From positions 150,001 to 182,000 of the forward strand of contig JBHLRO010000002.1 of assembly GCA_048882505.1 (NCBI GenBank): a stretch of DNA of 32,000 nt, written 5' to 3'. The notes beneath the pieces were generated by a model that saw only the letters and a list, made by a program, of their open reading frames with translations, had not been told where the DNA came from and did not search any database. The position numbers were made by a program, and so were the translations under genes. Positions 24,518 to 32,000 of the stretch are shown piece after piece. Source of the stretch: Candidatus Thorarchaeota archaeon (GTDB lineage: Archaea; Asgardarchaeota; Heimdallarchaeia; Hodarchaeales; Hodarchaeaceae). The number at the start of each line of letters is the position of its first letter. Position 1 is the stretch's first letter.

Positions 24518-25618
24518 TTGGCACATATTCAGACCATTAATGTATCAAGGCTTGTTTCTTTCGGGCCTAATGCCATTTCTCAACTTCCCAATGTGTTTCA
24601 TGAACTAGGAATTAAAAAAATCCGAATTTTTAGTGGCCAAACCCGTACCAAAAGAATTACAGAAAAGATGATCATTCCTCTTGTTGAAGAGACCTCGAAT
24701 TCCATCGAATTTTCGCATACAGCACTTCCTGACGCAATAAAACTATCTCAACTTCATTCTCTAGCCTCCTCAATCTCTACCGATCGCACCACATTCTTGA
24801 TGGCCGTTGGTGGGGGTAAAGTGATTGATTATGTCAAGATCATTGCTGGAATGGCTAATACTGAATATATTGCTGTACCTACAAATGCGAGTCATGATGG
24901 ATTCTCAAGTCCGTATATTAACTACATTTTACGGGAACAGATTTCTAGGTCAAAATCCAAAGAAAAATCAATTGAACTCAAGCCTATCTCTCCCCTTGCA
25001 ATTGTAGGAGATACAACACTAATAAGCGGGGCGCCCAAAGGATCTTTAACTGCAGGAGTGGGAGATATTCTCTCTAAATGGGTAGCTGTCAGAGATTGGA
25101 GGTTAGCTCAACGATTAAAAGGAGTTAATTTTGATATATATGCGGCAACATTTTCAGAGATGACTGCTACGATGGTAGAGGAAGGCATCAAATCCTTGGG
25201 AAGACAATTTTTCAGTGAACAAGGGGTTCGGGTTTTAATGAAAGCTTTGGGGAGTAGTGGGGTTGCTATGTGTATTGCGGGGTCATCACGACCAGCTAGC
25301 GGTTCAGAACATCTCGTGAGCCATGCTTTAGATAAATTGGCCCCTAAATTCAATTTTACTTCAGCTCATGGCCACCAAACAGGCCTTAGTTCAATCTTGA
25401 TGATGTATTTGCATGGGGGAAATTGGAAGAGAATTTCAAGAATTCTAAAAGAAGTAAATGCACCAGTGACACTCCAAGATCTCGGCATTGACCGTGATAT
25501 TCTACTAGAGGCTCTTACAATGGCACATAATATTCGTCCTGACCGCTATACAATACTTTCAGAAGGCCTTACGCGTCAAGCCGCCGTTAATGCAATTGAA
25601 ATGACTGGAATAGATTGA
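24518..25618 (+). CDS. egsA: sn-glycerol-1-phosphate dehydrogenase
   Basis: AVGGGKVIDYVK, VPTNASHDGFSSP, AGVGDILSK, SSRPASGSEHLVSHALD, HGHQTG. Confidence 0.95.
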   Translation: MAHIQTINVSRLVSFGPNAISQLPNVFHELGIKKIRIFSGQTRTKRITEKMIIPLVEETSNSIEFSHTALPDAIKLSQLHSLASSISTDRTTFLMAVGGGKVIDYVKIIAGMANTEYIAVPTNASHDGFSSPYINYILREQISRSKSKEKSIELKPISPLAIVGDTTLISGAPKGSLTAGVGDILSKWVAVRDWRLAQRLKGVNFDIYAATFSEMTATMVEEGIKSLGRQFFSEQGVRVLMKALGSSGVAMCIAGSSRPASGSEHLVSHALDKLAPKFNFTSAHGHQTGLSSILMMYLHGGNWKRISRILKEVNAPVTLQDLGIDRDILLEALTMAHNIRPDRYTILSEGLTRQAAVNAIEMTGID

Positions 25619-25619
25619 A

Positions 25620-26423
25620 TTGCCCGCGTTTTTATCTGGCATCGATGAAGCTGGAAGAGGAAGTGTTTTTGGGCCACTTATTATAGCAGGGGTTACTATG
25701 GATCAAGATACTATACAAGAGCTTGTGGGGGCTGGATTAAAAGACTCTAAGCTCTTCTTTTCACCCGCAGATCAAAGAAAGCGAGATAAATTGGCGAATA
25801 AGATCAAGAAATATGCCCAACAAACATTAATAACCGAGATTTCCGCGCAAAACATCGATCAGACTCTCAAGAAGAGACCAAAGGATAATCTAAATCTCCT
25901 AGAACTAAGGGAGATAGGTAAATTCATAGTTGAATTGACCGCATCAGAAATAATAATCGATACTATTGGGCCTCCCAAATATGCAAGAAAGCATCTAATG
26001 AGAATTATTCAAAGCATGGATGATCAAATTCAAGCTAATCCTATATCGTGCACCAAAGATTTGTGTATTTTTGATATAATACTACACGACGGATCCAAGA
26101 GGCGTGTAATGATATCCACAGGCGGTGATCGCAAGTTTCCAATTGTTTCCGCAGCTTCCTGTGTGTCAAAATCCATCCGTGATCAACGGTTGCGGGAAAT
26201 CGAGCAGACGTGGGGGTTACCCAATGCGACTCTGGGAAAAGGCTATCCACATGCAACGGACTCTGCAATTACCTCATTCCTCGAAAATTATAGACAAGAA
26301 ATTCAAGATCATTATTTTCCATTTATAAGGTACTCCTGGGCATGGCCAAAGCTTCAAAACATTCTCCATCCACCTCCTAAGACCCTAGACGAGCTTCTGC
26401 CATCTCCTGAATCTATGGAGTGA
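25620..26423 (+). CDS. rnhB: Ribonuclease HII
   Basis: GIDEAGRGSVFGPL, LKDSK, IIDT, GDRKFPIVSAAS, GKGYP; TTG start 1 nt after the egsA stop. Confidence 0.92.
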   Translation: MPAFLSGIDEAGRGSVFGPLIIAGVTMDQDTIQELVGAGLKDSKLFFSPADQRKRDKLANKIKKYAQQTLITEISAQNIDQTLKKRPKDNLNLLELREIGKFIVELTASEIIIDTIGPPKYARKHLMRIIQSMDDQIQANPISCTKDLCIFDIILHDGSKRRVMISTGGDRKFPIVSAASCVSKSIRDQRLREIEQTWGLPNATLGKGYPHATDSAITSFLENYRQEIQDHYFPFIRYSWAWPKLQNILHPPPKTLDELLPSPESME

Positions 26424-26431
26424 TTCTATAG

Positions 26432-27835
26432 TTGTCTCAATATGATCATCTGTTTAGAACCTATGATATCCGAGGAAAGTTTCCAAATGATTTTTCATTA
26501 GAAACCGTTTTGAATATGGGACGGGCATTTGGTGAAACATTTGGAGCTACTAGTACAATTGTTATAGGTGGTGATGTTAGAATCTCCACCCCAGTAATAA
26601 AATCGGCATTAGCAGCAGGTCTTATGGAGGTCCAATGCAACGTAATTGATGTGGGGCTCTGTACAACACCAACCATTTATTTTCTAGCGGCCCATAACTC
26701 CCCCGTCAATGGGGGAATAATGATCACGGCAAGTCATAATCCTATACTGTATAATGGGATCAAGGTATGTGATGGGAATGGAGTCTCATTCCATATTGAT
26801 AATTACTTTCGTCACATTCAGAGGAGGGTTGAGCAGCTTGAAAAGAAGCATGTTTCATCCCATGAGATTAGAGAGTATGGGCAGCTTCTTCAGCCCATTG
26901 CAGTAACCTCCGCTCAATACTGGGATTATCAAAAGGCGCATTTCCATCCTGGACGAGAGGTTCGTGTCGGAGTAGAACTTGGAAATGGCACTTGTTTTCC
27001 AATAATAGATTTATTGCGCTCCACGGGTATTCCTGTAAAAGCCCTACATTCCCAACCAAACGGTCATTTCCCCGTCATGATCCCTGATCCTGCAAATTCT
27101 GAATGTCTGATTTATCTACAGCAATCGGTTAGAGAAAACAACCTTGATATCGGATTGGGCTTCGATACGGACGGTGATCGAATCGGTATTGTGGATGATC
27201 AAGGAAAAATAATACGTTCTGATCAAGTAATAATGCTAATTGGGGAATATTTGTTACACAAACATCCCAATGCAATTATCATGATCGATGTAAAGACTTC
27301 TCGAGCGACTCTTGAATACTTAACCAAATTAGGGGCAGAAGTTCAATTTTCTAAGGTAGGACATTCTTGGATTCACGAAGAACTGCTCCGATCAGGAGCA
27401 ATTTTTGCAGGAGAGCTCAGTGGCCACTTTTACTTTGGTGGAGACTATTATGGTTTTGATGATGCTATTTATTCCGCACTACGAGTTCTAGAAATCCTCA
27501 CACAATCCGAGGAACCTTTATCGTCCCTTCTCAAGAATTTGCCCTCGTACCCCGCTTCTGAAGAAATACGCATACCCTGTTCTGATCACCTCAAATCAAA
27601 AGTTGTTAAGAATATTCAAAACATCCTTTCTAAAGAGGCAAATGAAATTATAACGATTGATGGGATTAGAGCTGAATTCGATGATGGTTGGATTCTTGTG
27701 CGAAAAAGTGGCACAGAACCCGTGATCTCTTCCCGTGCAGAGGCTAGTACCTCTCAACGCCTACACTACTATCAGAGGTACATGCAAGAGCTCATCACGG
27801 GCGAGATTGAGAAGATAGGAGAAATAGTTAAGTAA
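26432..27835 (+). CDS. Phosphomannomutase/phosphoglucomutase (alpha-D-phosphohexomutase)
   Basis: FRTYDIRG, ITASHNP (catalytic Ser), FDTDGDR (metal loop), GELSGH, RKSGTEP. Confidence 0.95.
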   Translation: MSQYDHLFRTYDIRGKFPNDFSLETVLNMGRAFGETFGATSTIVIGGDVRISTPVIKSALAAGLMEVQCNVIDVGLCTTPTIYFLAAHNSPVNGGIMITASHNPILYNGIKVCDGNGVSFHIDNYFRHIQRRVEQLEKKHVSSHEIREYGQLLQPIAVTSAQYWDYQKAHFHPGREVRVGVELGNGTCFPIIDLLRSTGIPVKALHSQPNGHFPVMIPDPANSECLIYLQQSVRENNLDIGLGFDTDGDRIGIVDDQGKIIRSDQVIMLIGEYLLHKHPNAIIMIDVKTSRATLEYLTKLGAEVQFSKVGHSWIHEELLRSGAIFAGELSGHFYFGGDYYGFDDAIYSALRVLEILTQSEEPLSSLLKNLPSYPASEEIRIPCSDHLKSKVVKNIQNILSKEANEIITIDGIRAEFDDGWILVRKSGTEPVISSRAEASTSQRLHYYQRYMQELITGEIEKIGEIVK

Positions 27836-27881
27836 TTATGCATGAAACGAAACAATTAAGATTTTTAAAGGGTGCAAAATA

Positions 27882-28061
27882 ATGAAAGAATTATTTATGG
27901 GTACCATATTAATTATTGCTGGATTACTCATTGCAGGATTTGGCGGAACATTGGGTGATTGGACAGAAACCCTATTCTACATTGTTGGCTTCTTGGTTGC
28001 TTTTGTCGGGCTCGGATTTCTTCTCAAGTACTACCGAAGGACGCAAACGACAGGAACCTGA
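27882..28061 (+). CDS. Small two-TM membrane protein (59 aa), below the ORF-track cutoff
   Basis: My translation: MKELFMGTILIIAGLLIAGFGGTLGDWTETLFYIVGFLVAFVGLGFLLKYYRRTQTTGT. It has two hydrophobic helices, a basic tail and GGGTG upstream, and fills the gap after pmm. Confidence 0.8.
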   Translation: MKELFMGTILIIAGLLIAGFGGTLGDWTETLFYIVGFLVAFVGLGFLLKYYRRTQTTGT

Positions 28062-28075
28062 AGAATGGGGAGCCC

Positions 28076-30727
28076 CTAGATATCAGAGCTAGGAGTCTCA
28101 AGTCTATTGATTAGCAAGGTTATGTTTTTCCCTAGTTTAATCTTATCGATTGCTTGCGCGATACGCTGAATTCCTTCCAGTTCATGGATAAATCCATTTA
28201 AGAATGAAAGAACGTCCCCAGGGTAGATTAAAAGCTCGAATTTGGTTATAGTCGTGGTAATTTGCCCTACATTTTTCCCGTCAAGACGTTCATCCACTAT
28301 GAATCGTCCTATTTCCTGCTGACCGTGCTCACAAAAAGGATTTTCTGAGCAGGAGCATTTGAAAAAACTTTGAGTCCACTTGGAAAAAACATTGAGGCAC
28401 CATTTGCTAAGTTCAGTTGATTCTTTGCCCTTGAGAGACGCCATCATTACGTCCAAAACAGGACTATTGATTAAACGCGTGGAAAACCTCATATGATACG
28501 TTTTTTCAAGATATGCATGTAACTTCCTCGACAAATAGATATTTCTTAGAGGATTCATTTCAAGCGCAATAGGAACAAAATGTTTTTCACTACGGAGCAT
28601 AGTTACAATAGATAAGACCTTACTTGGGGAGAAAAATGAGAGGGTTGCAGCTCGTCCAAGAGAAGTGACTTCAAGGAGACGTTTACCTCTTCGACTCGTT
28701 GAACTCAATCGTAAAAATCCTTTTTTAATAAGATAGTTTGCATGCTCCATGAATGGATAGCTGGTAGTTCCAATCATTTGTTGGTAAATCTGTTTTGCGT
28801 CATTGGGATCGATTTGCTTGGCAGAAGAACAAATAGAGAGGATTTGTTCTGCACACGCATCGCCATCATGATTGGGCTCAATTGGGGCTAATTCTGAATT
28901 GAGTAGTTGAAATGCTATTTCTATCTCGCTACGGGAATCTAAAGAGGAAATTTCCTCTCCAAGACATAAAAATACCACTCGTCCGCGATCATGTTTCCCT
29001 AGCCGACCCGCCCTACCCAACATCTGTGTGAAACTGTTAGGATCCAGGGGTTTGTTACCCATCTGCATAGACTCAAAAATTACCTGGGAGGCAGGAAAAT
29101 CGACGCCTGCACCAAGAGCGTAAGTACTGATGACAACTGGGCATTTTCCCGAGCCAAAATCCCTTTCAATCTGTCTTCTTAATGGGTAAGAAAGCCCTGA
29201 ATGATAGGCCCTAGCCTTCATTCTACTTGATGCTATGGTTCCTAGGTAATCAGCGATTTCTGCTGTTTTGCGTCTAGAATTTGTAAAAACAATAGTTTGG
29301 CCACGTGATCCAGATGTCGAAACCAGGTAGCTTTCTGATTCACAGAGCTTACGGATTTGACGCATTTTTTCCTCAACACTACGTGAAATGAGTAGATGTT
29401 GTTCGAGAGGAATTGGCCTATGATCGAAAGTGACGAGTTCTAAAGAAAGGTCAGTTGCAAACTGTTTCGGGTTTCCAACAGTAGCCGAAAGGGCCACAAC
29501 TTGAACATCCCTCGCATATACTCTGATTTTTGCCAGCAGACAATCCAGCATCGCACCCCGATCAGGATCAGAGAGTGATTGAGCTTCATCTATTACAATG
29601 GTTCCAACTTCATTAAAGTCCAGCTGGCCAGCTCTAAACAAAAGATCTAGGCCTTCATATGTGGCTACTATAATATCCGCCCCCTCCATAGAATATCTGT
29701 CCTGATAGAAATTTTTTTTCTCCTTAAGGCTATTGAATATACGAGAACGCCCTACTCTGATTCCAACGTGAAACCCGTGTTCTTTCTCATATAAGCGTTT
29801 GAAATCATCAAATTTAGTATTTGCTAGGGCCACCAAAGGAACAGCAAAGATAAATTTTTTATTTTTTGCTTTTTTAATATTATAAAACCCTGCCATTTCC
29901 CCTATCAGAGTTTTTCCTGCACTTGTATTGGCTATAATCAGCTGACTTTTATTTTTTAGGAGGCCAGCACGGAGAGACAGAGTCTGTATTGGGAGAAAGC
30001 TTTTTATCCCTCTCTTTCTCAAAATTTCGACAAGAAAGTTGGGAAGACTGAATTCAGTTATGGGAAGGGATAGGATGGGAAGTTTCTTTTTAGATGATTG
30101 ATCTAACTTTTGAACCAAAGTTAGATCACTAACGACGGGCTCCTTACTAGTCAGAACTTTAATCACTTGTTCGGTGTTATGAAAACGATCCAGCAAAGAC
30201 AATGCATACTTTTTAAAACCTGGGCTACTGAGAAAAGAGACTTTTCGGGCATTTAAATCTTTTTCAAGCTCCTGGATAGCGCATGTTTTACACACTTCGC
30301 GCCTATATGCCAGGTACGTATTATTGGATTTGAGGATGGAATATTTATCGGAAACGGTGCAGAACGGGCATAGGAGAACCTCTCTAATAATGGTGGCAAT
30401 TTTAAAATCCTTGCAGAACTCTCGAATCCCTTGTTTTTCTTCTGTTGAAAGACCTGCAGCCAACAGAATCGTACGAGATTTTTGAAGTAACTTCTGAATC
30501 GTGTCTTTGTTGGGCGGATATGGTTTCCATTTTCCGTGTTCCTCCCAATGGATCCGCCAAGGTCGCCATAAATTTCCATGCTTAAATCTATACTCGATTT
30601 TTCCACGAATTAATGGTTTAGATTGATTTATTCTTCCACGAGAAAATCCTAATACTATAACTGCTGATTTTTGGGATATTGGTGCAATGATGACCGAATA
30701 AATTCGGTTTATGCTTTGTGATAACAA
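28076..30727 (-). CDS. Archaea-specific superfamily II (DEAD/DEAH-like) helicase, COG1202/DUF5814 type
   Basis: LPIQ, NTSAGKT, VPLVALAN, ATYEG, IDEAQ, LSAT, FTNSRR, YHSGL, TYALGAGVDFPA, QMLGRAGR; C-terminal CSC...PFCEHG. Confidence 0.9.
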   Translation of the reverse strand: MLSQSINRIYSVIIAPISQKSAVIVLGFSRGRINQSKPLIRGKIEYRFKHGNLWRPWRIHWEEHGKWKPYPPNKDTIQKLLQKSRTILLAAGLSTEEKQGIREFCKDFKIATIIREVLLCPFCTVSDKYSILKSNNTYLAYRREVCKTCAIQELEKDLNARKVSFLSSPGFKKYALSLLDRFHNTEQVIKVLTSKEPVVSDLTLVQKLDQSSKKKLPILSLPITEFSLPNFLVEILRKRGIKSFLPIQTLSLRAGLLKNKSQLIIANTSAGKTLIGEMAGFYNIKKAKNKKFIFAVPLVALANTKFDDFKRLYEKEHGFHVGIRVGRSRIFNSLKEKKNFYQDRYSMEGADIIVATYEGLDLLFRAGQLDFNEVGTIVIDEAQSLSDPDRGAMLDCLLAKIRVYARDVQVVALSATVGNPKQFATDLSLELVTFDHRPIPLEQHLLISRSVEEKMRQIRKLCESESYLVSTSGSRGQTIVFTNSRRKTAEIADYLGTIASSRMKARAYHSGLSYPLRRQIERDFGSGKCPVVISTYALGAGVDFPASQVIFESMQMGNKPLDPNSFTQMLGRAGRLGKHDRGRVVFLCLGEEISSLDSRSEIEIAFQLLNSELAPIEPNHDGDACAEQILSICSSAKQIDPNDAKQIYQQMIGTTSYPFMEHANYLIKKGFLRLSSTSRRGKRLLEVTSLGRAATLSFFSPSKVLSIVTMLRSEKHFVPIALEMNPLRNIYLSRKLHAYLEKTYHMRFSTRLINSPVLDVMMASLKGKESTELSKWCLNVFSKWTQSFFKCSCSENPFCEHGQQEIGRFIVDERLDGKNVGQITTTITKFELLIYPGDVLSFLNGFIHELEGIQRIAQAIDKIKLGKNITLLINRLETPSSDI

Positions 30728-30795
30728 TATAGATCCTTCTAATGAGCAGTAGAACTTAAAACTCGCAGATAGCGAAGGCTGTGCTTATTATCCAC

Positions 30796-30826
30796 AATAT
30801 AACGGAACGCTTAAAATATAACGGAA
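30796..30826. repeat. 12-bp direct repeat AATATAACGGAA x2 in the divergent promoter region
   Basis: Exact copies at 30796-30807 and 30815-30826. Confidence 0.7.
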
Positions 30827-30888
30827 AGGGATGGAAGGGTAGTTAGTAGCTGTACGAGAAACATCAAGTCCTATAAGAGGTTGAAAAG

Positions 30889-31371
30889 GTGCCAATTTGT
30901 CCAAATTGCGGATCTTATTACAGTGAAAAAGTCTGTTCATGCGTGAGTGAAGAGGATCCAAACTCCCCTGTCAAAACTATCTCAAGTGAGCAGGAGCGTA
31001 CGGTACGGATCATTAATCCAATTGAGTTGCTAGATAAAATTGAAGAGGCCGAAACCAAACTGAAAGAGTTAGATGAGGTGAAAGGAGCCAAGATTAAGAG
31101 TATGACTGACGAACTCACCCGTGAGTCAAATAAGGAGGCAGAGTTACAAGAGGAAATTGATAAAATTCAGCTTGAGATTACCCGCCTTGAAACGACACTC
31201 AATAGTGTCCTGATGAAAAAGCAGGATCTTGTTCAACAAAATGCAGGCTTGAAACATGATTTAGAGGCCTCAAAAGTTAAATTTATTAAACTAGCTGAAA
31301 TTAAAACTCAGAAAAGAGTAGAAATCGAAGATCTAAGCACGATTCTGAAAGAACAAGAAGAGGTAGAATAG
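30889..31371 (+). CDS. Zn-knuckle + coiled-coil protein (paralog A)
   Basis: MPICPNCGSYYSEKVCSC followed by ~110 aa of E/K/L heptads; GTG start with GAGG upstream. Confidence 0.85.
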   Translation: MPICPNCGSYYSEKVCSCVSEEDPNSPVKTISSEQERTVRIINPIELLDKIEEAETKLKELDEVKGAKIKSMTDELTRESNKEAELQEEIDKIQLEITRLETTLNSVLMKKQDLVQQNAGLKHDLEASKVKFIKLAEIKTQKRVEIEDLSTILKEQEEVE

Positions 31372-31372
31372 C

Positions 31373-31942
31373 ATGCCCAAGTGTTCTCGTTGTGGTTCCT
31401 ACTACATACGGCCACCTTGTCCAGTTTGTTCCCCCCCAGGAACTACCGATCAAATAATTGTGGATTCGGAAGATGATAAAGGGAAAACCATTCATGAATT
31501 GCAGCAGGAATTAGAAAAAATTCTCGAAAAGGTTGGAAAAAGAAAACTTGAACTGGATAATAAATCCCAAGATCTTACAAACCAATTAGAATTAGTTAGG
31601 GGACGATTCAACGATTTGAAATTATCTAAGGTGTCTTTTAAGGAGAAAATCGATTCACTAAAGAAGCAGCTGTCAACGTTGAATGAGGAAATCGCCAGCC
31701 TCGAAACCGAAAGACGCTCTCTGTTTAATGAAAAGGCATCTCTCGACACAGAGATCCGATCAAGTGAAGATGAGGTAAATCAATTGGAGGAAGAGTTCTT
31801 TTTGCTTCGAAAACAAATGGAATCCCGACAACAGGCTCAGGTAGAAGCGGAACAGCAGACTCACGAAGACGAACCTCCGCACATCGAAGATCGACCCGAT
31901 TCTTCCTCTGGGACGTCTTCAGAACCACCTGAGGAAGGTTGA
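31373..31942 (+). CDS. Zn-knuckle + coiled-coil protein (paralog B) with an acidic disordered tail
   Basis: MPKCSRCGSYYIRPPCPVC followed by ~115 aa of heptads; ATG 1 nt after the paralog A stop. Confidence 0.85.
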   Translation: MPKCSRCGSYYIRPPCPVCSPPGTTDQIIVDSEDDKGKTIHELQQELEKILEKVGKRKLELDNKSQDLTNQLELVRGRFNDLKLSKVSFKEKIDSLKKQLSTLNEEIASLETERRSLFNEKASLDTEIRSSEDEVNQLEEEFFLLRKQMESRQQAQVEAEQQTHEDEPPHIEDRPDSSSGTSSEPPEEG

Positions 31943-32000
31943 GCGCTGTCTTTCTTAATTATTTTCACCATACAGGTTTATTCTTATCGTAGATATATCT

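Noticed and set aside
30889-31942. Coiled-coil pair as prefoldin, ESCRT-III or SMC fragments
   Set aside because: No prefoldin beta-hairpin, ESCRT-III helical pattern or ATPase/hinge motifs; the N-terminal Zn knuckles fit none of these

Overview
Archaeal genomic window, almost certainly from an Asgard archaeon (Heimdallarchaeia/Hodarchaeales-like is my inference). Archaeal housekeeping genes (aTrm56, EgsA, geranylgeranyl reductase, archaeal ArgRS, COG1202-type helicase, a class III signal-peptide pilin) sit beside many eukaryotic-signature genes. Bases 1-10.7 kb are dense in such genes. They hold a longin+DENN-like gene running off the left edge (absent from the ORF track), a gelsolin > Rab-like > MglA-type GTPase > Sua5 unit, and a second Rab-like GTPase. 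They also hold a TrmB-HTH protein with a very long helical insert, a degenerate second gelsolin-like protein and a Pro/Thr tandem-repeat protein. The most striking item is a 273-aa helical protein, divergent from the gelsolin gene, that matches the eukaryotic tail-anchored-protein targeting factor Get4/TRC35 in three separate segments. The rest of the window has a SNAP/TPR-like+Ig protein, a 952-aa pilin-anchored multi-Ig adhesin and an orphan BshC homolog with a Zn-ribbon insertion. It also has an argS-flippase-egsA-rnhB-pmm operon followed by an uncalled 59-aa membrane protein, an SF2 helicase and a tandem pair of Zn-knuckle/coiled-coil paralogs. No rRNA, tRNA, CRISPR array or mobile element was recognised. 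All family assignments come from motif recognition by eye and remembered reference sequences, not database searches.
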